From Sminthopsis crassicaudata (taxonomy: Eukaryota): DNA of 64,000 nt. The notes under the pieces were generated by a model, which did no database searches, was not told where the DNA came from, and worked only from the letters and a program-made list of their open reading frames with translations. Positions 1-11,500 of this stretch are shown piece by piece. Both the position numbers and the translations under genes were made by a program. Each line of letters begins with the position of its first letter. Position 1 is the stretch's first letter. Where the stretch lies: positions 344,425,765 to 344,489,764 of the forward strand of contig NC_133620.1 of assembly GCF_048593235.1 (NCBI RefSeq), in the 5' to 3' direction.

Positions 1-1360
1 TTCCTAATTATTGAATTTAGCTACAGTATTTCTTGGAGTTTACCTTGTGGGATCTCTTTCAGGAGGTAATCGATGTATTCTTTCAATGACAATTTTGTCC
101 TTTGCTTCTACTATATCAGGTAATTTGAAAAATGCTATCCATGCTAATTTTTTTTTTTTATCATATCTCTCAAATTGTCCTGAGTCTTATTTTCCAGGTT
201 GGTTGTCTTTCCACTGAAATATTTTACATTTTTTCTTATTTTTTCATTTATTTTAGTTTATTTGACTAATTGTGTCTCAGTCATTAGCTTCCATTTACCT
301 AGTTGTAGTTCGATTTTCTAAATCTAGTATGATTTTTCTTCAATTAGCTACATTTATCTTTTCCATTTGTCTAATTCTACTTTTAAAGGTGTTTTTCTTC
401 AGTCAATTTTTGTTCTTTTCTAGGCTGTTGACTCTTGCCCATGTCTCATTTCTTTTCCCAATTTTTTTTCCTAACACTCTTATTTGACTTTTTTTTCCCC
501 TGAGGCAGTTAGGGCTAAGTGACTTGCCCAGGGTCACACAGCTAGGAAGGGTAAAGTGTCTGAAACCACATTTGAACTCAGGTCCTCCTGACTTCAGGGC
601 TGGTGTTCTATCCACTGGGCCACCTAGCTACTCTCTAAGTTGACTTTTAAAATTCTTTATGAGCTCTTCCAAGAAGACTCTTTGGACTTGAGGCCAATTC
701 ATATCCTCCTTTGAGACTGGCATGTAGGCATTTTGTTCTGAATTGGTATTTTCATCTTCCCTATCACCATAGTAGCTTTCTTTGGTCAGGGTTCTTTTTT
801 CTTTCTCTTCCTTCCTACCTTCCTTTCTTTCCTTTCTTCTTTTCCTTCCTTTCTTCTGTGTCTATTTCATGGTTTTTAAAGTTAAATTCTGCCCCTGGGC
901 CACAAAAGATTTTGTCCCAAGCTTCTTGTAAGACTTTGTAGCCTTTTGTATTTGGTTGCTTGCTCAAAGTGCTGGGGATAGCCTGACTAGTCCAGCCCTT
1001 TGTTCTCTGGTTTCCCTGGCTGGGGGTTTGCTTGGGCTAGTCTGCTATGCTAGTGTTCTGTTGAGCCAGGACTGAGGGGTCCCAGTTGCTGGTCTGTCCT
1101 TGTTAAGACCTTATTGCTAACTTGCCTGAACATGGTCTAGCCTGGGCTGCTCTCCCCTTTCAACCAAGTGAAAATGACCTTTCCCAAACTCCTTCCAGGC
1201 TATCATGAGCTGGAAAATTGTTTCATTTCATCCCTTTGTAGACACTCTTGTTTCACAATCTGTTCAGAGGCTTGGTTTGATAGTGTTTCTGAGGGAAACT
1301 GGGGAGAGCTCAAGCTACTTTCTAGCTTCCCTCTGTCATCTTGGTTTCACTACCAACTCT
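1..1360 (-). mobile_element. Old L1 (5' region/ORF1 remnant), interrupted by a SINE
   Basis: T-rich plus strand that reads as a decayed marsupial L1 ORF1 region in reverse; no long ORF; family recognised by eye and ends approximate. Confidence 0.6.
489..634 (-). mobile_element. tRNA-derived CORE-SINE (WSINE1/SINE1-like)
   Basis: Reverse of ...tagctaggtggcccagtggataga...gagttcaaatgtgg...ctagctgtgtgaccctgggcaagtcacttagccc with an A-tail. Confidence 0.75.
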
Positions 1361-1439
1361 ACCCATTTTCAAGAGAGATTTTAATTGTCCTTCCTTCTGA
1401 TTCTCTAGAACATTCTATTGGTTCAGTGAGTCTAGTGTC

Positions 1440-2310
1440 TGTTTTACAGTCTGGCTTATAATCTTCAATCCAACTCTTCCCTATGTAATAATGTGCCCTT
1501 AAATGTCTTATTTGTCATTCTTGAGTTTGTTTAGTTTCCATGACCTATTTTTCCATTCCAACTTAGCAAGTCATTCCTTTGATCATGCTATTTACCCATG
1601 AATTTTGATTTTGTAATTATGAACCCCTACATCCATTATCTGTCTCATCTATTATTATTTCTATAGCCTATTTTGTACTCTCCCAGGCTATCACCCCAAC
1701 AGCAGATACATATCCCTTACCAATCTCAATCCTTTGATGATTTTTACCCTACCCTTAACACTGGATTACAATCATCATCTACTTTTATTTATGTGCTACT
1801 AATAGAGGTAGGGAAAATCACAAAATTGTTTTATTTTTTACAAAATGGTTAGTGGCCCCTGTATTGTAGCAAAGCACAATTGAGGATCTGTTCGATTTGC
1901 CACAATGGCTGTTTCAAACATCTCTTCCTGATATAGCATTCCTTTCACCAACCATCTTAGCCCAGATCTTTCCTTGTACTTAACTAAAAAGTGTGGAGTT
2001 ATTTGCTGAGAAATTCTTCTCCTTATCATCTCATAGAATCCTCCATCTTCTATAATTTGATGAAAAGGAAGCCCTTTGGAAGACCAGTATTTAACCTTGA
2101 TCCTATCCTTTACCTTCTCCAGCAGATTGTCCCCTACTATCAGCTTCCAGCTCTTCTCCATCAGTTGGCTTCTCCCCTGCTTTCTACAGACAACCTAGGT
2201 CTTCCCTCTCCATTGATCCTATCACCTTCTATATTTTCTTCTTTAAAAATCTATACTTTCTAAATTAGAACTTGACATGGCCTCCTTCAATTGAAATTGC
2301 TCTTTTAAAT
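1440..2310 (+). mobile_element. L2 (LINE2) ORF2 remnant
   Basis: C/T-rich decayed sequence with L2-like motifs (cttgatcctatcc...ttcaattgaaattgctct); ends approximate. Confidence 0.5.
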
Positions 2311-3875
2311 TTAATTTTATTTTAATACTTTTTGTTCAATGGGAGAAGGCATTGAAAAATTGAAAGGAAACAAAATCCTTGTAACAAATATGCAGTTAAG
2401 GAAAACAAATTTCCAAATATTTCATACTGCACCAACTGCTTTGGTTGTGAGGGTGTTGGCTGCAAGTTTTAATGTAAGAGCCCTGAAATCATTTCACTGA
2501 TAAGAATTCTTAAAGTCTAAAAAAACTTTATAGTGTTGTTAACTGTGTGAATTGTTCTGCTGATTCTATCACTTCACTCTGCACCTCTTTATATAAATCT
2601 TCCCACATTTTTATGAAACCATCCCCTTCACTTCTTACAATACAATATGTTCAAAATAGTCTAATTACTGCTGTTTAATTAATGATTTTAACCTGCTGTT
2701 TAAATCATTTTTTAAATTATTTTCTTAGTTGTCCAAGATCTGCCTTTTCACTCTACTATCCCAATTTTTCACCCCCAACTGAGAACACATAAAAAATAAA
2801 GCCCATCACAAAGATATCAACCAAAACAAATTTTCATGGTTACTATGTCAAAAAAAATTTTTTTTTCATCTTATTCTGAATTGAGCCCTTAAGACCTATT
2901 AGGAGGTGGGAAATAAGTTTTGACATTAGTCAACATATTTCATTTTTGGTGTTCTGGAATTCTGGTTGACCATTACACTAATAAGAGCATGTTCTGTAAC
3001 ATTTATGTACCATAATTTGTTCAACATCCGTTCCCCAAGTTAGATATGTAGTTAGCTACAGATTAAGACCCTATCTTAAAATCTTTGACTTTTTAGGCTC
3101 CACTATCACCATAATTCATAATGAATTTGCAGTTTACTAAAGCTCAGGAGCCTTTTTTTCCCCTCTAAAGTACTTTTCTAGCTACAACTCCCCTTCCTTG
3201 TGCAGTTGAATTTTTTAACTCATACTTCTCAAAACTTTCTAATAGTGGTAAAACCCAATGATGTGGGCTTCCATACCAACACAATACTCTCTAGCATAGA
3301 TCGCATTTCTTCCTTAACCACTCATTTCACATTGGTCTCAATACTTAAGAGTATTTTGTGTGTGTTCCTCTCAATTTGACCATCATATGTATTTGTTAGA
3401 TTCCTGTTTTTGGTGAGTTATAAGTTTCCTAAGGGCAAAGCCTATTTTAATGCCAATTTTGTGTCCTCCATATTGCTGATCATATAAACACTCTGGTATT
3501 TATAGAATTGAATTTTATGTTCAGTATAAGCTGGCTACCAGACCTTACTTGGGCAGTGGGGAATTCATGGGAAAAACTAAGGAATAATCAAATGGGAAAG
3601 GTTAATTAATCATCAGATGTCAAATATGTTGTGAATTTTAAACACATGGATTAAGAAGGGGGGAGAATTAATTTGAAATTTATTTTAGTTCTAGTCCATT
3701 ATTACCAGTACAAACATAAGTGTGCACATGCCAGACTTGGTTGTATGTGACTTAAAGGATTTTTGCCTTGAGGGTTCACATGTTCCTGGGGGAACACCAT
3801 AACTATGAAATAAACACATAGATGGGATAGAAACCTCTTGTTTCAATAAGTGTATAAGAGGAAGGAGGAAAGGGA

Positions 3876-4115
3876 ACAGCATTTATTAAACACCTGCCAT
3901 GTTCCAGGCATCATGCTAAGCATCTCACAAATATCTAATTCTGACAACAATCCTGTGAGGTTGATGTGACTACTTATTATCCCCATTTTACAGTTGAGGA
4001 AAACATGTAAAAGGTTAAGTGACTTGCCCAGGATCGTGTAGCTATTAACTCTGAAATGAAATTTGAACTCAGGTCTTCCCTGACTACAGGCTTGTACTAT
4101 GTTCATTGCCACCAT
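3876..4115 (-). mobile_element. MIR-family SINE
   Basis: ccccattttacagttgaggaaa...aagtgacttgcccagg...tttgaactcaggtctt core. Confidence 0.7.
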
Positions 4116-4339
4116 CCATTTACATAATGATAATCAGTGAGTGATCACAAAGGTGGTTAAGAGAGCTCTGGCTTACACAGAATGCCTCCTGGAGCATATG
4201 GTGTTTGAGGTGAATTCTAAAGACTACACAAGTACCTGGTATGTCTCAGCACTGTTGAGCACTTTCTGTCCTAAAGCAGCTCTAGATTATGTTGGAAAGG
4301 TATAGCAAAAACAGATAAGTAAGTATAGGTGCTGACATG

Positions 4340-4530
4340 GATAGGGTGTGGGGCCTGGAGCTGGGAGACTCATCTTCCTTGGTTCACATCTGGCCTAGGA
4401 CACTAGCTGTGTGACCCTGAACAAATCAGGTAAATGAGCTGGAGAAGGAAATAGCAAACCACTCCAGTATTTTTGCCAACAAAACCCCAAAAGGCTCATG
4501 AAGGAGTTAAACATGACTGAAATAATTGTA
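4340..4530 (+). mobile_element. MAR1-type SINE
   Basis: CORE followed by ggagaaggaaatagcaaaccactccagtatttttgcc tail. Confidence 0.65.
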
Positions 4531-4985
4531 CAACAAAATGTACAAAGTAATTTCCAAGGGAAGACACACGCCTAATATTCAAAAGTCTAGCAATAGAACT
4601 AGGGTTCCTAGTGGCATAATGATGGAATGAGCAGAGGGATACAGGAGGGATTGGCATCTCTTCCTTGGATCTGACCTCTCTTTGTGCCTGCTTCCTTGCT
4701 GACTGACGTTGCCCTCATGCCCTTTTTCCCCTTTGGCAGAGTATTCAGTGTCTTGCTCTGGAGAGCTTCCCTCACACTCCCGTTCTAGAAGGTTTCCACT
4801 TCACTCTAATTCAACCTTATGATCTTCTGCTAAGTGACTGGAGCAAACTCAATGCCAGAGACTTTAGGCAGTATTTATTACCCATTATTTGCTATGACCA
4901 AACTCCTGAGGAAGACTTGAATGGCTCCCTTAAAGGAAGCTGCAGAACTGGGGTAACTGAATTGTGGTAATGCTAACTAGTAATA

Positions 4986-5007
4986 AGGAAGCAGCTGCCA
5001 CTGATAA
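4986..5007 (+). promoter_or_regulatory. ITGA2B: Candidate ITGA2B distal Ets/E-box/GATA cluster
   Basis: AGGAAG 4986-4991, CAGCTG 4992-4997 and TGATAA 5002-5007, about 360 nt upstream of the ATG. Confidence 0.35.
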
Positions 5008-5263
5008 TGCCGTGTTGAATCTGCGAGGCTAGGGGAGGAGGTAAGAGAAATTAAGGGAAAATTTGTTTTTCCATTTGGGAGAAAGTTAGCTCTTGCCCCC
5101 AACCATGGGGTGCCACAGCTCCCAAGGAACTGTTCTGAATTCCATCCCAATGCATTCATCCCCTGATGAGTTTCCCACTTGTCAAACCAGCAGACTCAGT
5201 GGGCAATGTTACAAGAATGTTGTCTCATCCCTGTCATTCAATGAGTTATTTTGGGAGCCAGCT

Positions 5264-5282
5264 TGATAAGGAGTAATTTCCT
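5264..5282 (+). promoter_or_regulatory. ITGA2B: ITGA2B proximal GATA + Ets composite element
   Basis: TGATAA 5264-5269 then TTCCT 5278-5282; same order as the known GATA/Ets proximal promoter of human GPIIb. Confidence 0.6.
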
Positions 5283-5362
5283 GAGGTTGGCAGTGGTGGC
5301 AGTGGAAGAAAAAAAGAATTGCCTTTAAAGAGTTCTATTCAGTGTGCATCAGCAAGAGGAGG

Positions 5363-5550
5363 ATGATTAGGACTCAGTGCCTGCTGCCTGCTCTGTGGCT
5401 TTTGGGATGGATACATCTGCTGGTGGTGCTGGGTGGTGTTCCCTCTGCCTGGGCCCTAAACCTGGATGCTGCACAGCCAGCCCTTTATATGGGTCCCGAT
5501 GGTAGCCACTTTGGATTTGCTTTGGATTTCTATCAAGATGACTATGGCGG
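5363..5550 (+). CDS. ITGA2B: ITGA2B exon 1 (188 nt)
   Basis: MIRTQCLL...[33 protein letters not shown]; donor gtgagt. Confidence 0.95.
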
Positions 5551-8500
5551 GTGAGTCATGGGTCAGTGGAAACTAAGGCAGAGAGAGGGTCCTGGGCTGA
5601 CCAGAGTGAGGACAGGGACATGTGGTTGTGTCTACAGGTAAAAATCTTTAAGAACCAAAGTAGACCATCACTTGAGTCCCTCAAATTGTTTACCCAACTC
5701 AGCCTGAAACTCTACCTTTAATTTTTTTTCCATTTCATGGCATGAATAAAATTGTCCTTTGTTAAATTTTAGCTATTTGTGGGAGAAGTCCCACTCGTTG
5801 CTCTTATTGAGCATTTGTATCTCTAAGGGAAAGAGTTTGTATGATCCTTTCCAAAGAATTGAGAGCAAGACAGATAAAAGTTCAATGTTGAAAAAGGGGG
5901 GAGGGGGAGAAACACTACAGACCCTAGCCAGAAAGGGCAAACTTAAGGATCCTAGATATGCCATGGTCAGCATAAAAACACCAGATGCCAAAAGAGAATT
6001 TAGGCTGGGTATAAAAAGAAAAGGAACCAGAGATATCCCCAATATTAAATCACGTTCTTCCCCCAGCCCACACCTAATCATGAGGTTTATCATCCCTAAA
6101 CTCAGACTTTCCTTCTTAATTCCTATAATCCCCTACCCCAGCATCTCCCCACAATCTTTGATCAGTCTCATCTTCCTGCTCCTGCTCCCCTTGGGTGATG
6201 ATGACCAGATGACCCCAGTTCAGGGCCCTTTCTATCTACAGCATCGGGATCGTGGTAGGAGCCCCAAGGGCTGTAGGCCGTGCTGGGGAGGAGACTGGAG
6301 GTGTGTTCCTCTGTCCCTGGGCAGCCAAGGGGAGTAACTGCAGCACCCTGAAATTTGACCTCGGTGAGTCTTGGGCTCTGGAAAGGAAAAGGCGAAGGGA
6401 GGGAAGGAGAGGTAACGCTACTAAGAGCGATCATTGCTGGGGTGTCATCAGTGCAGGCTGGAGAAAGCATGGGAGGTCCTTGATAACCTCCAACCCAAAC
6501 TCCTCTCCCTTCCAGACGATAAGAACAACAGCGTGGGCGTCATCATTTTCAAGACCTTCAAAGCTAATCAGGGACTTGGTGCATCCGTTGTCAGTTGGAA
6601 GGACATCATTGTGGTGGGCACTGAGCAAGCATGGGTCTTTAGTGATAGTGATGGGGACCAGGCAGGTTTGAAGGAGGGCATTGGAGTGCCAGGGAACAGC
6701 TAGAGCTTGGCATTGGATAGCAGGCAAGCATGAAGAAGCGCCACGATGGGCACTGCGCCACTGGACAGCTGTGGACAGGCCTGGAGAGGGGAAGGGAGTT
6801 AAAGCCAGGTCCCCAGCCGCTGAGGTGGGAAGGCCGCGGACAGGGGAGTAGCCCTGCGCGCCACTTCATCCCCAGTACCCTCTGCGTCCTGCCCCTCCCG
6901 CAGGCATGCGCTCCCTGGCAGCACTGGAACGTGCTGGAGCTGACTGAGGAGGCCGGAAAGACGCCGGTCGGGAGCTGCTTCGTGGCTCAGCCCAAGAGCG
7001 GCCGTCGCGCCGAGTTCGCGCCCTGCCGGGAGACTGCCATGAACCAGCTCTACCTGGGGAACTACCGTGAGTCCCCGCCCCGCCCCGTCCCCGCGACTCC
7101 CTTGGTCAATCTCCAGAAGTCGCCACGCCCACTCCCTGGCCCTGCCCCTTTGTGCTCGGGGGTGGGGGTGGGGGTGGGGGCTCCCAGCCAGGTGAGTAAC
7201 TCGTCTCGGCACGATCTTTTCCAATCCCCGTCCAGGCAGAGACTTGCGGTACTGCGAAGTAGGGTTCAGTTCCACAGTCACCCAGGTGAATGAGGGGTTA
7301 AGGGCAAGAGAAATTACAATTGGGGGGTAGGGAGGGGATTCAGAATGGGGACACGGAGCGAAAATTTTCATAAATGTAGCTTTGAGTTAAATTATTGAAT
7401 TAAGGCAACAGGGGGAGGGGGAAGAGAGTGGAGTGTCTGTCAGCCTGGATCTGCCCTCACCTTCTGTGCTTTTCTTTCAGTCTGGGGAGCTGGTTTTGGG
7501 GGCTCCCGGAGGCTACTATTTCATAGGTATCATCTTTCCCGACCAGCCCCTCCCCCTCCCACATCCACCCCCACTTCCTTTCTCCAGTCCCCTATCACTC
7601 TTGAGATTTTTCCCAATGTGCCCCTGGGGAGATAGGTCAGAACTTCATCCTTGGCACTCAATGACTAGATGAGGACCCAGGAGTCCACCGCGATGCATGC
7701 TCCTTTTCCCCAGGCCTGGACTGCGAGGAAAAGCCCTTTCCAGCCCAGACTAAACAGTCTTCCACTCACCAGGTCTGCTAGCCCGCGCTCAGCTTTCTGA
7801 CATCATGTCCAGCTACACCACATCCTCACTCCTCTGGACCGTGCCTTCCCAACGTCTAAGCAAGGATGTCTTTAGACCTGAGTATCGGGATGCCTATCGG
7901 GGTAGGGGGTCTTTTCCTCATTCCCCAAGCCATGGTCATCTGCCTGGATAATTCCCGCCCCCATCATTTTACTCACCGAAGCCCTCCTATCACTCCTTCC
8001 TTTTGTCCTCGGTCCTCAGCCTTTCCCTCTGGGTGAGGGGGTGGGGGAGTGGCCCCCTGTCAATGAATGCTCCCTATCTACAGGGTACTCTGTGGCCGTA
8101 GGAGAATTTAATGGAAATCCTAAAGATACAGGTAAGTCACTTCCCTCCACTCAGGGGTTCTGGTTAAGGATAGCCCTGAGATATAATGAAAGGCCCTCAA
8201 GGACCTGGGGTAAGGGCAAAAATTGTCCTCAACTTGCTCAGAGGATGGGCTATTCTTCTCCAGAATATGTACTGGGTGTCCCCAACTGGAGCACAACACT
8301 GGGAGCGGTGAGTCCCTCAGTCTTCCTAATTCCATCACCATTGCCCTGCTCACCCCCACCAACTCAGTTTTCCCCCTCAGCCTCTCAGTCCACAACTCCA
8401 GAATGACCTTTTCCCAAGTTACTCTCCCTTTTCCCAGTCTCATCTCCATTTCTGTTGCTAGACCATCATCTCCCATTGGGACTAGTGGTGAAGGGTATTT

Positions 8501-11500
8501 CTCATGATTGGCTGGGTTCCCCACAATGGATCCAGTAGGCAAAAATAGTCATGGTTCCTGCCAGGCCCCCAGGTTCCTCAGACATTCACCTATGTCTGTA
8601 GTGGAACTGAGGCCCCACCTTCCCTACAGGTGGAGATTTTTTACCAGAACCACAGCATCTTGCATCTGCTTCAAGGAGAGCAGGTTGGGAGAAGAGGGAA
8701 CCTGGATGGTGTAGGAGGGATTGGGATTGGTGGGAGAAGGTGATCCATGGATGAGAGGGGCTATTATGTTGTCAATGTCATGGGCAAGGCCACTGGCAGG
8801 AATGTGCCCAGATGTTGAGGATTATCTGGATTGCTCTTAGTTGAAAAAAAGGAGATTGAAACCCCTAGAATGTAATATGCGTCTCCTTACAGGTTGCATC
8901 ATACTTTGGGCACACAGTGGCTGTGACTGACATCAACAGGGATGGGTGAGGAGGGGTGAAATCCCTGTGGGGGTTATTATACCTAATACTTAAATACCTC
9001 AAAATGAGACCCTCTACAAGGGTTGACATCCTATCCTCTTCCACTTCGTGGTGACAATGCACACCATTTAACAGGAGAGATGACCTGCTGGTAGGTGCCC
9101 CACTCTTCATGGAGCAGAGAGCCAACCGAAAGCTGGCAGAAGTGGGAAGGGTATATGTCTACCTGCAGCTTCGAACCCCACATTCCCTGGGCAACCCCAA
9201 GCATCTGACTGGCACTGAGTTATATGGGCACTTTGGCTCAGCTATTGCTCCTCTTGGTGATCTGGACCAGGATGGATACAATGGTGAGGTCAAAGGCAGA
9301 AGGAAGAAAAAAGAGAAGGAGGAGGAAGAGGAAGAGGAAAAGGAAGAAGAGGAGAAGGAGGAGGAGGAAAAGGAGGAGAAAGAGGAGGAAAAGAAAGAGA
9401 AGGAAGAAGAGAAGAGTAGACTTGGGTTTTGAGTAAACTGGATGAAGACGTATAATGGCTGTTCTTTCCTTTCTCAGATATAGCAGTAGGTGCCCCATTT
9501 GGAGGCCCCAATGGACAGGGCCGAGTGTTTATATTCCAGGGACAGGATGAGGGTCTGAGCCCACGACCATCGCAGGTTCTTGATAGCCCTTTCCACCAAG
9601 GTTCTGGCTTTGGCTTTGCCCTGAGAGGGGCCACTGACATTGATGCTAATGGATACCCAGGTGCCTTCCTTGTTCCTATTTAGTTTGCCATTCTAATCTA
9701 TTGTTGCTATTCTTGGGACAAACCCAAATTATGTAAGAAAGTGCTTCAGATGCTGCTTCTCATTACAGGGAACATTACAGTTAGGAAATCTTTCTATCAG
9801 AGTGCCCACTCCTAAATCTATTCTTTCATGGTCTCCAGATCTCTTCCTTTCCCCTTCTTTCATCTAAATTGAATCCTATATTTGGATCCCTAATTATTCA
9901 GTTTTCTTTTTTTATTAAAGCTTTTTATTTTCAAAACATATGCATAGTTATTTTTCAACATTCACTCTTGTAAAACCTTGCATTATAAAAATTTTGCCTT
10001 CCTTCCTCCCACTCCCTCCCCTGGACAGCAAGCAGTCCAATATGTGTTAAACATGTGCAATTCTTCTATACAAGATTTCTGCACTTATCATGCTGCATGA
10101 GAAGAATCAGATAAAAAAGGGGGGAAATGAGAGAGAAAATGAAATGCAAGCAAACAGCAACTAAAAGAGTGAAAATGCTATGTTATGATCCACACTCAAT
10201 TCCCATGGTCCTCTCCAGGTGCAGATGGCTCTCTTCATTAGCCCAAATTTCCATGGGGGAGGAGGACAAGAGAAAACAAGGGGGAATCTGTAGCTTCTAA
10301 GCTAATAACTAGGGAAACACATGGTTTGACATGCAGTGTTTTTATTTCTGACCCTACCTCCTATGCCCACAGACCTGCTGGTGGGAGCATTTGGAGCCAA
10401 CCGAGTGGCCGTATACAGGTGAGCATTGGCATGGAACAGTTCCCATAAGGTATCTCAGCGGCTCTTTGAGAAGTATGTCCTTGCAAGGATCATATTACAG
10501 TACGGGTAGAAATTCATGTGAACGAGATGGTGATGCAATGAAAATGGCAAACTGATCTATAGTATCTTTATTGGAAAAAAAAAAACCAAATGAGATCAAG
10601 AAGAGTTGGATATGACTGACAGACAGCTAAATAAGCAGCAGAGTTGTGAGTGATGCATCTTTCCTAGGGCCCAGCCTGTGGTGTGGGCCACTGTTCGATT
10701 ACTGGTGCCAGAAGTACTGAACCCAACTGTGAAGAATTGTACACTTTTCAACCCAAAGACCACAGTTGCAGTCAGCTGGTGAGGAGGAGAGAGGGCAGAT
10801 GTGGGCTTTTTGAGAGTAACTGAGTGAAGTTCTTGCCTGAGGACCTCAACACTTAAAAGGCTCCTTTTTCCTGCCAGTTTCAAAATCCAGATGTGTATGA
10901 GCATCACTGGACACAGCATCCCGGAGAAGCTTCGTGAGTAACTCTACCCAGGTTTAAGGAACACAGGTCTGGCTATGGGCTTGCCTGCACTGGCATTATT
11001 AGTTCATCTCTCCCCTCCCTTTTCTTCTGTGCTCAGGTATAAATGCTGAGCTGCAGCTGGACCGGATGAAACCACGACAGGGCCGGCGGGTGCTTTTGCT
11101 GGGTTCTCGGCAATCAGGCACCACTCTAGACTTAGAACTAAGCAGTGGAAATGTTCCTTTCTGTCATGATACTGAGGCTTTCTTGCGGGTAAAGTTGGGG
11201 CAAATCTAGAGTTGACAATGCTAAAATTTAAAAAGCACCAAGATAAACATTTTCATTAGAAAATTAAAATAATAGTCTTTGGAAGAATTGCACATGTTTA
11301 ACCTATATCAGATTGCTTACTATCTTAGGGAAAGGGGAGGAGGGAAAGAGGGAGAAAAATTTAGAGCACAAAGTTTTGCAAAAGTGAATGTTGAAAACTG
11401 TCTTTGCATATATTTGCAAAAATGAGATGCCATTTTTTAAAATTAATTTTAATTGACTATAAAAAAGAAAGAAAATATAGGATACTGTTCTATAATGACA

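Noticed and set aside
5759-6337. 192-aa plus-strand ORF in ITGA2B intron 1/exon 2
   Set aside because: No recognisable domain; it overlaps exon 2 in the wrong frame; chance ORF
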